A stretch of 64,000 nucleotides of DNA from Opitutaceae bacterium (GCA_051252375.1 JBPOFY010000004.1:32001-96000); one strand, 5' to 3'; counted from the stretch's first letter, positions 1-10,652 are shown. Notes: a model not told the origin generated them from the letters alone. Translations and numbers: made by a program.

Positions 1-2
1 TG

Positions 3-443
3 CTTGCCACCAATCCCAACGCAGATCCGAACCGCAGGGATCCACTGCAAGGCGACCTCCGCCTCCTAGTCACCCTGAAGCCGAACGGCAAACCCCTCGC
101 CCTCCTCTACCGCCCCGTCGTCCTAGGCACCAAGGAGCCCGTGCAATTTTCCTCCCCGTGGCGCACCATCTCCATCGATCGCGTCGATGACGTTTCCGAC
201 CAGCTCGAATTCACCGCCGATGGCAAAGGCAACTTCCAGTTCAGCATCCCCAGCGCAACCCTGGGTCTCAAGATTACCAACCGAACCACCACCCTCATGG
301 GCGATCTCGGTATCCTCCGCGGCAACGGTTTCCAAACCACCCAGCGCATCTACTGGAGCAACAAATCCACTGCCATCACCTCCGACGTGCCCTCCGAAGC
401 CCAGCTCACCCCCAACCTATGGGGGAAATTCAGTTTCAGATAA
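3..443 (+). CDS. C-terminal part of a hypothetical protein (5' truncated by window edge)
   Basis: The frame of ORF 141..443 is open back to position 3 (LATNPNADPNRRDPLQGDLRLLV...). It ends GDLGILRGNGFQTTQRIYWSNKSTAITSDVPSEAQLTPNLWGKFSFR, which resembles the C-termini of large PVC-superphylum secreted proteins. Confidence 0.7.
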   Translation, partial: LATNPNADPNRRDPLQGDLRLLVTLKPNGKPLALLYRPVVLGTKEPVQFSSPWRTISIDRVDDVSDQLEFTADGKGNFQFSIPSATLGLKITNRTTTLMGDLGILRGNGFQTTQRIYWSNKSTAITSDVPSEAQLTPNLWGKFSFR

Positions 444-571
444 ACAATCGGCACCGGTGATCAGCGAAACGACGCTCTCGATACACACATCAGCAGAATT
501 CCACCCTTTAAGGCACTCCCCTACAGGCACTTTTCCTTGATATGTGAGCATCGGCGTGTTATTAGCGATAC

Positions 572-1399
572 ATGAATAACTCATTAGTGCGCCTAATCCC
601 CTTGGTCAGCCTACTGACCTACCCCTCGCTCAGCCAAGCAGTCGATATTGATGCCACACAAGTCGGCCGCTATTATGCCGATGGCAGCGCTGACAATCTG
701 GAGACCTTTCAAAATTACTACGTCGGCTTCTCCACGCTAGCGGCGCCCACAGAATCTCGCAACTTCTTCATTTTCGACCTGAGCACAGTGACCGCCCCAG
801 TCACCGCCGCCTCGTTCACACTTGTGCTGCCCTTCGGTGGTTTAATCTTTGGGATCGAGGACTTTGGTGATGCGCCCTATGATGATCCGACCTTTCAGGT
901 AGAGGACTTTATTATCTCGGGATTACCGAGCTTTGCATATTTTGGTCTGACCGACCCAGGGATCGATTCTGGCACCGCTATGACCTACTTCGACACCTTT
1001 GGCGATCCGGGCAGTGCGATCGGCGGCACCGGCTTTGATCCCAGTGATCCGCCGATCGTCCCGTTTGAAGGGCTTGAGGTTGAAATCGTACTGGGTGCGG
1101 CTGGTCTCGCATTGATCAACAGTAACCTTGGTGGCGAAATCGTCATCACCGGGCGCATGCTTGATGTCTCGCCCCTGTTTCCCGGCGATCCAGATGGTCC
1201 GGGAGGACCAGTGGACGGCGAAAAGTCCGAGTTGATGTTCGGCCTGTCCGATATTGTCGATTCAGGTGGCATGGAGACCGGCCTAATAAAGCCCTACCTA
1301 ACTCTGGTACCTGAACCGTCCGCTTATGGTCTCATTGGCGGTATCGCGGTCATGGGCTTTGTCCAACTGAGTCGCCGCCGTAGATCGCTCAACAGTTAA
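572..1399 (+). CDS. PEP-CTERM sorting domain-containing secreted protein
   Basis: N-terminal signal peptide. C-terminal VPEPSAY + hydrophobic helix + RRRR tail. Confidence 0.92.
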   Translation: MNNSLVRLIPLVSLLTYPSLSQAVDIDATQVGRYYADGSADNLETFQNYYVGFSTLAAPTESRNFFIFDLSTVTAPVTAASFTLVLPFGGLIFGIEDFGDAPYDDPTFQVEDFIISGLPSFAYFGLTDPGIDSGTAMTYFDTFGDPGSAIGGTGFDPSDPPIVPFEGLEVEIVLGAAGLALINSNLGGEIVITGRMLDVSPLFPGDPDGPGGPVDGEKSELMFGLSDIVDSGGMETGLIKPYLTLVPEPSAYGLIGGIAVMGFVQLSRRRRSLNS

Positions 1400-1432
1400 A
1401 GTCACCACAGCCTAAAAGATAACATGTGAGGT

Positions 1433-2284
1433 CTAGTTCGCTCGCTCGGCGTGAATCTCTTCTATTCTTTTACCAAACACTGGGTAGCGGCTGATAATTC
1501 GGTCGAAACCTGATTTCCCCAGCACGAAGCAGGAGGTATCCGTCAAGGCGGTCACGGTGGCGGAGCGTGGATTTCGACTGAAGAGTGCGCCTTCGCCAAA
1601 ACATGCGCCCGGTCCTAGTTCTGTAATGCGACTGCCGCCCTTACTCACTTCGACAAAGCCGACTTCTACCAAAAAGAAGGAGGCATCGTCGTCGCCTTCC
1701 TGTATCAACACATCGCCTTTGGCATAGTTATTCGTCTCCAGATGTTGGGCAAGCTCACTCACCAAGTCACCACCTGCACCCGCGAGAAATGGAGCATTTT
1801 TCAACAAACCATGTTCGATCGAATTTTCAATCCTCTCTGTTTTCCTCTGCCTATGCAGTTCCCGCAAACGATAACGCACTTTCAAGTATTTCTCGGTCAG
1901 CTCTGTAAATGATTCACGCTTGAGTTGAAACAGAGTGACATCTCCCGCAGCAACGACGGTTGCCCCCCGCACCTCGTTTTCAATTAATGCGCCCTCCCCA
2001 AAGCACCCGCCAATACCAAGTTCCGCAATAAACACTCCCTCGCTACTGACACGAACGGATCCATCGGCGATGAGATAAAAGCTATCGCCCTGCTCACCCT
2101 CACTAAAGATCGTGTCCCCCTCGGAATACTTAACAGGCTCAATCGCAGTTACCATATCTGCAATTAGAGCAGGGTCCACGTCTTTTAGAAATGGGACCCT
2201 AGACAAGAGCACAGTCTCCAACTGCTCCTTAACTTTTTTTGTCTGCTTTGCTTGAAGCACCGACGACACAAATTTCTTAAGCAT
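1433..2284 (-). CDS. Tandem cyclic-nucleotide-binding domain protein
   Basis: Two cNMP-binding repeats (EGEQGDSFYLI...FGEGALIENEVRGATVVA and EGDDDASFFLV...FGEGALFSRNPRSATVTA). Start placed at ATG 2284 (MLKKF); the ORF extends to 2332. Confidence 0.88.
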   Translation of the reverse strand: MLKKFVSSVLQAKQTKKVKEQLETVLLSRVPFLKDVDPALIADMVTAIEPVKYSEGDTIFSEGEQGDSFYLIADGSVRVSSEGVFIAELGIGGCFGEGALIENEVRGATVVAAGDVTLFQLKRESFTELTEKYLKVRYRLRELHRQRKTERIENSIEHGLLKNAPFLAGAGGDLVSELAQHLETNNYAKGDVLIQEGDDDASFFLVEVGFVEVSKGGSRITELGPGACFGEGALFSRNPRSATVTALTDTSCFVLGKSGFDRIISRYPVFGKRIEEIHAERAN

Positions 2285-2422
2285 AATAAATAATAATGAG
2301 GGTAAGAGGCAGAATGGTAGAAAGCTCTCCAATAGGGGTCAAATCCGAAGGGGTAAATAAGGCGTAAAACGAAGGCAGAGAAGGAATCTGCTATCCGTTC
2401 AGCCCATCCCAAACGATAATCC

Positions 2423-4285
2423 TTGATGGGCACAGCAATGCCAGTTCAACTGGGCTCCATGAAACGGAAGACTGAAAAGCAAGTTCCTTTCGGCTTTCGT
2501 CAATTGTCATTACCCGCGATCGGACAGTCGTGGTGGTGGTCGTGTATACTGGTCTTCGTCGTTGGCGTCATCGCTCACCTCGGGGCTATCGGCGCCATCT
2601 TTTATCAGGATGATTTCGGCGTTTTGAAATTCAATTCGGTTCCGCGTTGGTCACTGACAGACTTTCGTTTCACCTCAAGTCTCACCTGGTGGGTCAACTA
2701 TCGGATGGCCGGGTTGAGCGCACCGGTATTTCATTTGACCAATATATTACTCCACTCGGTCGTCGCGGTGCTACTATATGTCATGGTGCGAGATTGGCTT
2801 GGGCGAGTTGCCAAGCTGCACGACCGACTAGCGGGCTATGGAGCCCTGATTGCTGCTTTACTGTTTGCAGTGCACCCACTCGGAACAGAAATCACCCATT
2901 ACATTCGAGCACGGGATACGCTACTAATGACTGGCTTGGGGCTCACTGCCGTCTATTGCCTAAGTCGATTCACTGGCAAGAATTGGCCCCAACTGTTATG
3001 GGCCGCGCTTTTCGCTATGCTTGGCTGCTACAGCAAGCCTACTGGCGTGCCGTGGGTACCTGTGTTAGCCTTGTGGACCGCTGGCTGCATCTGGAGTCCG
3101 GCGATCTGGCACCATTGCTTCAACTGGCGCCATTACGTTAGCAGGCGCCATATGGTGCTGGGCACTTTGGTTGTTCTGTTGGGTATCGTGCTCTTATTTC
3201 ACAACACCCTGAGCCCTGCCTTCAATGGGATCGGAAGGATGGTCACTACACAGGTCGAATCGGGGAGTGCCTGGGCAAATGCACTCACCCAGCTACGGTT
3301 AACTGGGTTGTTACTACAACAGCTCATCTGGCCTTCCGATTTGGTCAGTGATTGCTTCGGGGTCTATTCCACAAGGTTGGCCGACCCCGGAGTCTGGATG
3401 GGTATTGGTATTCTCGTTATGGCAACAGTCACTTGCGTATGGCTATGCGTATCCGGACGGCGCGTGCCGTTGTGGGCACTTGGCGTGCTCTTCGGCAGTC
3501 ACCTTTTGCACTGCTTCTATCCCGGGGGCGATTATCACGCGGAGTATCGGTCGTATCCATCGATCATCGGATTTTGTTTGATCATTGGTTGGGCTACAGC
3601 AGCACTCGCTCAAACTGTACCCAAGAAACGTTGGTTGGCTGACGGTGCTGTAGGACTGGCACTAGTGCTAGCAATCTACGCTTGCCATCAACGATCTGCG
3701 GACTGGTCCTCACTCGAAAAGCTTAGCGACGATACCCTCGAAACATATCCCTGGAACATGCGCGCCCATTATCATGGTATCCAGAGCGCGTATGAAAGAG
3801 GGAACGACCACGAGGTTGAGGAACGCGCTGAAAGAATGCGCAAGGAGATGCAAGCACTCGCGATAGCGAACAAAAGTCTTCCTCACGGGCGCCACTACAA
3901 TTGGTCGCACTCCGTGCTTTTTGTGGTCCACGCCGAGGGAACCGTCGCACGCTCGCTTGTCCGCATGGATCGAAGTCCAGATGCGATTGCGATCATGCAG
4001 CGCTTGGCTGCCAATCTCAATAGCCAGCCATTTGGCCAGCAACCAAAGTTCCAGACGACCTACAAAGTGTTTCTTGCTGTCGTGCTCGCGGACATGGGAT
4101 CCTATTCCGAAGCATGGCGCCTAGCTCGACCCTTCGCAGCATCAGCCTATGCCCAACGAAGACAAGCCATCGATCAACCCGGTACGATTGCTTGGTTAAC
4201 GCCCTGGTGGCTGATTCCGCTTCTGGATGAAGCAGCCGAGCAAGCCCAAGCAAATGGGCACCCCTTCACCTTCGACGAGAATTGA
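2423..4285 (+). CDS. TMTC-like multi-pass GT-C membrane glycosyltransferase (putative protein O-mannosyltransferase) with helical C-terminus
   Basis: FYQDD acidic loop after TM1, then FHLTNILLH, AALLFAVHPLGTE, AEYRSYPS and about 11 TM segments, all typical of TMTC/DUF1736-like proteins. Exact start is uncertain. Confidence 0.72.
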   Translation: MMGTAMPVQLGSMKRKTEKQVPFGFRQLSLPAIGQSWWWSCILVFVVGVIAHLGAIGAIFYQDDFGVLKFNSVPRWSLTDFRFTSSLTWWVNYRMAGLSAPVFHLTNILLHSVVAVLLYVMVRDWLGRVAKLHDRLAGYGALIAALLFAVHPLGTEITHYIRARDTLLMTGLGLTAVYCLSRFTGKNWPQLLWAALFAMLGCYSKPTGVPWVPVLALWTAGCIWSPAIWHHCFNWRHYVSRRHMVLGTLVVLLGIVLLFHNTLSPAFNGIGRMVTTQVESGSAWANALTQLRLTGLLLQQLIWPSDLVSDCFGVYSTRLADPGVWMGIGILVMATVTCVWLCVSGRRVPLWALGVLFGSHLLHCFYPGGDYHAEYRSYPSIIGFCLIIGWATAALAQTVPKKRWLADGAVGLALVLAIYACHQRSADWSSLEKLSDDTLETYPWNMRAHYHGIQSAYERGNDHEVEERAERMRKEMQALAIANKSLPHGRHYNWSHSVLFVVHAEGTVARSLVRMDRSPDAIAIMQRLAANLNSQPFGQQPKFQTTYKVFLAVVLADMGSYSEAWRLARPFAASAYAQRRQAIDQPGTIAWLTPWWLIPLLDEAAEQAQANGHPFTFDEN

Positions 4286-4445
4286 GCTTAGCGTTCACCC
4301 GTATTATCCTTTTCTACTTCTCACTTTTTACCAGAAGACCGCCAAGGGCCATTTACTGGTTCATTTCTTTAGTTCTGCGACCACTGAAATCTCCACGGGG
4401 AGTTCGGTTCAAAGCGCTATATAACTGATTAACTAATGCGCCTCA

Positions 4446-4491
4446 CATCGCGAGTTTTCGCGATATACAGGATTCGTGAATATGGTATAAT
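4446..4491 (+). promoter_or_regulatory. Candidate promoter of the 4589 gene: 20-bp palindrome plus extended -10
   Basis: CATCGCG-agtttt-CGCGATA at 4446-4465 and TGGTATAAT (TGn-TATAAT) at 4483-4491. Confidence 0.5.
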
Positions 4492-4588
4492 TTACTGATA
4501 ATGATATGATTAAGTATATTGTTTCACACTAACTCGTTTAGTTTCTACATCTATTAAATTCACTGACTACCTCATCAAGAAAAACTCC

Positions 4589-7500
4589 ATGCATCATATA
4601 AAACACACCTATTATTACGCAAGTGCCATTGCCGCTTGCTTGTTAGCAATACCTGCAGTCGACGCTCAGACCACCCGAACTTGGGACACGGTCAACGCGG
4701 CCGACACCGACTGGTCCGTCGCAACCAACTGGGTCGATGATACCGCTCCAGTAGCTGGTGATGACGTGGTCATCAATGGAGACGGCACGTTCGCTCCGAC
4801 CAACAATAGTGCATTCACAGCTGATACCTTCAATTCATTGACACTTGAAGGCGCCACCACGGTTACCCTCAGTTCTGCTCTCTCGATCGGAGCAGGCGGC
4901 GTGTTCAACAATATGGTAACCAACAGCCTGAACCTCAAGGCCGTGGACCTCACCACAGATTCAACCTGGGGCGGAACCCGCACCATCTTCGTCGGCGGTG
5001 CCGTCACCGGCTCGAAGATGATCTGGACCGGCAGCGGCCTTCGTTTTGACCAGAACAGCCCAGCGTGGGCCTCAGGTATCGACGCCTATGCTAATCTGGG
5101 AATGAATGACCTGTCGAGTGATGCAGGAACCACGATCACCCCCTACGGAACTGGCACGTTGACGCTCATCAATCAGTCTTTTGACACCTTGTCCAACGTG
5201 AATCTGGATCTGACTCTGGCGACTTCAGCCAACAATCTTGATCTGGCGACGGCGGTCACTCTTGCGAATGACATCACTCTGTCGGATCCCGGGATAGGGA
5301 ATTTTTCCATCAGCCAGAACAACGATTCATCAACCCTCCTCGGCGGACACTTCTTCCGCCTGACCGGCACGATTTCCGGCGCGGTGAATACTGCTCGCAC
5401 GCTTTCGTTCACCAACAGCAAGGGAGTGAACGCACCCGCAACCTTCATTCTTGAAGGTGCCAACACCCACACCGCGCAGACCGTGACATCCGATGACTAC
5501 GTCACCCTTGCCCTCGGCAACGTCGACGCCGTCCAGAATTCGACGCTCGACACCGGTGCGGCCGACGCCACCAAGCAGGTAACCTTCAGCGTGGCTGGAA
5601 CCAACACCTACAATCTTGGAGGTTTGGCAGGTGCCGACGACCTAGACTTCGGTGCCAACTCATTGAGTATTGGAAGCAACAACTCGGACGGAACTTTCTC
5701 GGGCGCTCTAAGCGGCTCTGGTGACATCACCAAGACGGGGACCGGCACAACCACCTTTTCTGGCACTAATATCTATACTGGCACAACCACAGTCAGCGAT
5801 GGCACCTTGGTCGCCACTACCCCAGCATCACTACCCGGCTACAACTCCCCAGCATCCGTGATCTTCGACGGGGGCACCATTGCCGTGCCAGTCGGCGCAG
5901 GCGGTTGGTTGGACGCAGATCTTAGCGACCTGCTGACCAATGCGACAAAGACCTCGGGCTTTATTGGGATTGATACAAGTCTAGGCGATTACACGCAGAC
6001 CTCAGCCTATAACTTCAGCCCTCTTGGTCTTGATGTCCTAGGCTCGAACAAGCTGACACTAGATCAAGCCAACACTTATACCGGTGGAACGACCTTCGCA
6101 GGTGCGTCTCTAATCGTTGCTGCCGAAGGCGCACTGGGAACAGGCGCGGTAGTGGGCGATACTGCTAGCGGTAACACCGTATTGACATTTAATACTCCTT
6201 CGGATGCGACTTTCGCCAATGATATCACTTCAGGTGCTAATGGCAGTGGTATTGTCAACGACAGCGCCACGTCTGCGATCACACTGAACGGAAACGTCGT
6301 GTTAAATAGAGCCACTACTTTCCAAGGTTTCCAAGGCACTGGCGTTAATAATGCTGGTTTTGTGATTGGCGGTAATGTCTCCTCGACAACACGACTTACC
6401 CTTAAAGACACCAACATGACTCTAGCTGCAACCGGCACATTGGGACCGACATTCTCGGCACGTGTGACCCTTGGAGATGTCGGCGGAGACGGCTCGGCAG
6501 TTTACGTCGCGGATGGTGCTGACTTCACACTGAGAATTCAGGATTCACAGAATACAACTATCTCTAATGATGCGATGACCTTCATCGTCGGTATGAACAC
6601 TGCAGGAACTGGGACTTTTAGTAGTTCTGATTCGGTTAATTTGTTAGCAAACGGAAGCAGTGTCGCCAATGACTGGGAGTTCACAGCAGTTACCGGAGCG
6701 ACAGTAAACTTCACCGGTAAAATCATTAGCAATAATGGTAATGCTAATGCGGCTGACGTAACAGTCACCAAGACTGGAGATGGCACCGTGGTTTTCGCCA
6801 ACACCAACACCTATCTTGGCGACACAACTATCAGCGCGGGCACTCTGCAAATTGGTAACGGTGGCGGCACCGGCTCACTCAGCCCAGACAGTACCATCAC
6901 TAATGATGGCGCCCTCATCTTCAACAATACCTCCGGTCTGGTTCAAGGCACTGATTTCAGCACCGCCCCAATTACAGGCAGCGGCTCACTCAGCATCGTA
7001 GGCGGCAACGTCACACTGAATGCGGTCAACACCTACTCGGGCGGCACTACAATTGACGGCGGCACACTCACAGTGGGGGCTGCAGCCGCGGTTCCTGCAG
7101 GAGCTATAACCGGCATCAACGCTTCGGTCGTAGCCTTTGACACACCAGCAAACGTAACCTTTAGCGACGACCTCACGCTCGCGACCGCAAGCAATACTGG
7201 CCTTGTCAATAACAGCACGACCTCAACAGTGACACTTGAAGGAACCGTGGAACTCACTGCTCCCTTCGCAGCCATCGTTGGCACAGGCGTCAACAACGCA
7301 GGCTTCGTGCTTGGCAATGGCGGCGTCTTGAAAGCCGGCGCAGCGAGTCGGATGGGACTGAAAGATACCAGCCTGACATTTCAGGTCGGTGGCGCAGTCG
7401 ACTATAGCGGCACTGGGTTCAAGCGCATAACACTTGCCGATTCGACAGGAACAGGTGCCGCAGTCTATCTGGAAGACACCGTTGACCTAGATATGGTGAT

Positions 7501-8410
7501 CTATGATACCAACAATAGCAACGTCACCTCGGACACGATGGAATTCATTGTCGGAATGAAGTCAGCCGGCACCGCCACCTTCAGCGGACTGAGTGGTGTA
7601 TCGGTGGATCTGAACCATCGAAACAATGTAGGCAGTCTCGCCAATGAGTGGGAGTTCACCGCTGTCGCTGGGGCGACTGCTAACTTCACAGGCAGCATCG
7701 CTAATGCGAACACCAACAGCCAAGCCTCGATCAACAAGACTGGCGACGGAACCGTCAGCTTCCAAGCTAGCAACTCCTACACAGGTGACACCACGGTTAC
7801 AGCTGGCACTCTGCAACTCGCAAGCGGCGGTATTCTCACCTTCGCGCCGACTGCTAATGGTGTGAACAACCAGATTGACGGCACAGCCAGCGGAACGCTC
7901 GATCTCGATGGTGAAATCTTCATCGATCTCAGCCTTGCCGACACCACTGACCTCAACAGCTGGTTGCTCATTGATGGCAGCGCGATGACCGTAGCCTACG
8001 ACGCCGCCACCTTCACCGTGAATAGCTCGGCAGGCGCGTTGACCGAAAACACTCCTGGTGTCTGGACACTGGTCGATGGTAGCAATACCTGGACCTTCAC
8101 TGAATCTACTGGCACTCTTAGCCTCGCCAATGCCGGTCCTGCCGGTCCAACTGATGAAGAGATCAGCTCTGACGAGTTTGTCTCGAATTACAGCTTCGAC
8201 GGCACGACCGCGTCATTCAGCTTCCAGGTCTTCGCAGGATCGACCTACGAAATTCGTCGCACAGATGACCTGACAGTTGATCTTGCGAGCTGGACGACTG
8301 TCTACGGCCCAACGGCTCAGGTTGGAGATGCCACGATCACACCAAGCGACGTTCCAGGTGCTCTTCTGGATGAGGCGTTCTACGTCCTGATCATTACGGA
8401 CACTCCGTAA
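4589..8410 (+). CDS. Large secreted autotransporter-associated beta-strand repeat protein (adhesin-like), no beta-barrel, ~88-aa C-terminal module
   Basis: Signal peptide, multiple KTGxGTxxxxxxNTYxGxTTxxxGTL repeats, and Gly/Thr/Ser/Asn-rich composition. The C-terminal module is nearly identical to that of the 12978..16973 gene. Confidence 0.9.
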   Translation: MHHIKHTYYYASAIAACLLAIPAVDAQTTRTWDTVNAADTDWSVATNWVDDTAPVAGDDVVINGDGTFAPTNNSAFTADTFNSLTLEGATTVTLSSALSIGAGGVFNNMVTNSLNLKAVDLTTDSTWGGTRTIFVGGAVTGSKMIWTGSGLRFDQNSPAWASGIDAYANLGMNDLSSDAGTTITPYGTGTLTLINQSFDTLSNVNLDLTLATSANNLDLATAVTLANDITLSDPGIGNFSISQNNDSSTLLGGHFFRLTGTISGAVNTARTLSFTNSKGVNAPATFILEGANTHTAQTVTSDDYVTLALGNVDAVQNSTLDTGAADATKQVTFSVAGTNTYNLGGLAGADDLDFGANSLSIGSNNSDGTFSGALSGSGDITKTGTGTTTFSGTNIYTGTTTVSDGTLVATTPASLPGYNSPASVIFDGGTIAVPVGAGGWLDADLSDLLTNATKTSGFIGIDTSLGDYTQTSAYNFSPLGLDVLGSNKLTLDQANTYTGGTTFAGASLIVAAEGALGTGAVVGDTASGNTVLTFNTPSDATFANDITSGANGSGIVNDSATSAITLNGNVVLNRATTFQGFQGTGVNNAGFVIGGNVSSTTRLTLKDTNMTLAATGTLGPTFSARVTLGDVGGDGSAVYVADGADFTLRIQDSQNTTISNDAMTFIVGMNTAGTGTFSSSDSVNLLANGSSVANDWEFTAVTGATVNFTGKIISNNGNANAADVTVTKTGDGTVVFANTNTYLGDTTISAGTLQIGNGGGTGSLSPDSTITNDGALIFNNTSGLVQGTDFSTAPITGSGSLSIVGGNVTLNAVNTYSGGTTIDGGTLTVGAAAAVPAGAITGINASVVAFDTPANVTFSDDLTLATASNTGLVNNSTTSTVTLEGTVELTAPFAAIVGTGVNNAGFVLGNGGVLKAGAASRMGLKDTSLTFQVGGAVDYSGTGFKRITLADSTGTGAAVYLEDTVDLDMVIYDTNNSNVTSDTMEFIVGMKSAGTATFSGLSGVSVDLNHRNNVGSLANEWEFTAVAGATANFTGSIANANTNSQASINKTGDGTVSFQASNSYTGDTTVTAGTLQLASGGILTFAPTANGVNNQIDGTASGTLDLDGEIFIDLSLADTTDLNSWLLIDGSAMTVAYDAATFTVNSSAGALTENTPGVWTLVDGSNTWTFTESTGTLSLANAGPAGPTDEEISSDEFVSNYSFDGTTASFSFQVFAGSTYEIRRTDDLTVDLASWTTVYGPTAQVGDATITPSDVPGALLDEAFYVLIITDTP

Positions 8411-8468
8411 GTAGTTTCTAGGACTCAACCAATCTCAAAGCCCGTCTCCAGTTGGAGGCGGGCTTTTT
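8138..8468 (+). repeat. Inverted repeat, left copy (~330 bp; partner 12919..13247)
   Basis: Aligns by eye at high identity with the reverse complement of 12919..13247 through the C-terminal coding module, stop codon, spacer (taggactcaac.aatctcaaagcccgtctcc) and terminator. Confidence 0.93.
8437..8468 (+). terminator. Rho-independent terminator (possibly bidirectional)
   Basis: aaagcccgtctcca-gt-tggaggcgggcttttt after the stop at 8410. Confidence 0.85.
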
Positions 8469-8498
8469 CGTTGTAGGGATCTCCTATTAACCGGTCAC

Positions 8499-8849
8499 TT
8501 ACTTCAGCGCAGCGACCACTGAGATCTCCACAAGGAGCTCCGGGCGTGCCATGCGCGCTTCAACGCAAGCGCGTGCGGGCGCATGACCTTCGGGCACCCA
8601 TGCGTCCCAGACTGCGTTCATGGCTGCGAAATCTTTCATGTCCCGCACGTAAATAGTTGCAGAGAGCATGTGCTCACGGTCGGACCCTGCTTGAAGCAGA
8701 AGTGCATCCACTTTCTTGAGCATGGTCTCGGTCTGTTCAATGATACCTTGCGTGGCGTCCGCGCAAACCTGCCCACACAAATAGACAGTGTCATTGTGAA
8801 TGACGATTCGGCTCATACGCTGCTTTGTTTCTTGTCGCTCAATGCTCAT
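8499..8849 (-). CDS. RidA/YjgF family protein (YoaB-like)
   Basis: [40 protein letters not shown] and LVEISVVAA motifs; 116 aa. Confidence 0.92.
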   Translation of the reverse strand: MSIERQETKQRMSRIVIHNDTVYLCGQVCADATQGIIEQTETMLKKVDALLLQAGSDREHMLSATIYVRDMKDFAAMNAVWDAWVPEGHAPARACVEARMARPELLVEISVVAALK

Positions 8850-8982
8850 GCCGTGGAGTGAACCAGATTTGAAAATATAAAAAAGACCAAATCACAGATA
8901 GAACCTGATTTGTGCTTATCAGGAGGAGCCTAGAAGGCAGCCAACGTTGACATACTAATAATTGCGCCAATAGAAATAGGGT

Positions 8983-10596
8983 ATGCTCAACAACAAAACA
9001 TTCATCCTGCTATTTGAGCGAGTTCGTAAGGCAATAAGCTTAAGCGTAATTTTGCTAGTGCCGTTATCAGCTGCCGAGCTAAAGGTCCCCAGCGATTATT
9101 CGAGTATACAAGCAGCCATTGATGCAGCAGAACCTGAGGACACCGTTTTAGTCGCACCAGGTAGATATACTGAAAATCTAGTCATCTCAAAGGACATCTC
9201 TGTGGCGAGCACCGATGGCGCTGAAGTGACGATACTTGATGCCAATCTTAGTCGAGGAGTCACTATTGGTCCCAACGGATCATTTATCGGATTTACAGTC
9301 ACAAATGCCCGAGACTCTTTTGGTGCAGGAATGCGCACACACGGAAGCAATAGCTATATTGCTCATAATATCTTTGAATATAACACTCAAACTAGCGGTG
9401 GATTTGGGGCAGCAATCGCGATGAACGCGTCATCCCCAATAATCGACAGCAATATATTTCGCTACAATACAGCCGACAACCAACACCTCTCTGGCGCGGT
9501 CACGATGGTGAACAGTTCATCTCCGCTCATCATCAACAACATTTTCCATGACAATCAATGCCGGGCAATTGCTGCAACAGTGCCGACATCATCTCAACCA
9601 TCCGTAGTCAACAATACTATCGTGCGGAATCGAGTAGGGATTAAAGCCGATCACAGAAATACTACCCCGATCGCCACCTATCGTAATAACCTGATCGCAT
9701 ACAACGAAACTGGCGTCGAATTTGATGGGAGCACAAAAGTGAACAATCAAATTTGGGAAAATAATTTAGTTTATGGAAATGCGGTTGATTACGCCGACGG
9801 CAACAATGGCAATCCATCCAATATTTCCGGCGACCCGCTCTTCATCGATGAAGCAGGCAATGATTTTCGCCTACAAGCCCGATCTCCCGCTGTCGACTCT
9901 GGAACAAACATGACAGCACCTGAATATGATTTCGAAGGTAGCTTTCGACCTGTCGATGGAGATGGCGATAAAGTCGCAAACGTGGACATAGGCGCGTATG
10001 AGCTTGCCTTAGGGATTCACATTACTGTCGAAGGCGGGACTGAGCAGGAATGCATCGCACCGATGGGCAATCAAGTTTTGGTCAGCGGCATACCATTTCC
10101 CGCAGACGCCGATATCACAATCAACGAAGTTTACCTCAACGACTCATTCGTTGGTCATACCTTGCCAATGAATTTGCTCCTAATTCCCGGCAAAAATACG
10201 ATCTACGTTAAAGGTAGTCGCAGCAGTGGAGAAATGGTTGAAGGCGAGAGCGAAATATCCATCGTTGATACAACTGCTCCGTTGATTAACATACGATTCA
10301 TCGACCGCCGAACTCACAAGGAAGTTACTGAATTCCAACCGCGCTTCATCAGCAAAATCATAGTAGACATCGATGTAACTGATAATTGCGACCCGCACCC
10401 AGAAAGTAACTCAACGATGGGGACCAGCATTCAAACCGATGAAGAAGTTACATTATTCGGCTATAAAAAACGCATTCTATTTAATGCGGAAGAGTTAATC
10501 GTGACAACTACCGCCAAGGATACAGCCGGAAACTCCCAAACCGTAACGAAAAAACTCAGCTACACATCTCCTAAAGCTAGGAGAGAAGATAAATAG
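8983..10596 (+). CDS. Secreted right-handed parallel beta-helix (pectin-lyase-like) protein with C-terminal Ig-like domains
   Basis: VPSDYSSIQAAIDAA...VLVAPGRYTENL, SPxIxNNxF repeats and GDPLF...DFRLQARSPAVDSG...DIGAYE. Confidence 0.82.
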   Translation: MLNNKTFILLFERVRKAISLSVILLVPLSAAELKVPSDYSSIQAAIDAAEPEDTVLVAPGRYTENLVISKDISVASTDGAEVTILDANLSRGVTIGPNGSFIGFTVTNARDSFGAGMRTHGSNSYIAHNIFEYNTQTSGGFGAAIAMNASSPIIDSNIFRYNTADNQHLSGAVTMVNSSSPLIINNIFHDNQCRAIAATVPTSSQPSVVNNTIVRNRVGIKADHRNTTPIATYRNNLIAYNETGVEFDGSTKVNNQIWENNLVYGNAVDYADGNNGNPSNISGDPLFIDEAGNDFRLQARSPAVDSGTNMTAPEYDFEGSFRPVDGDGDKVANVDIGAYELALGIHITVEGGTEQECIAPMGNQVLVSGIPFPADADITINEVYLNDSFVGHTLPMNLLLIPGKNTIYVKGSRSSGEMVEGESEISIVDTTAPLINIRFIDRRTHKEVTEFQPRFISKIIVDIDVTDNCDPHPESNSTMGTSIQTDEEVTLFGYKKRILFNAEELIVTTTAKDTAGNSQTVTKKLSYTSPKARREDK

Positions 10597-10652
10597 AGGC
10601 GCTAAAAGCACACGTCATGCGCAATAGAATCTCCCCACAATTCTAATCGATA

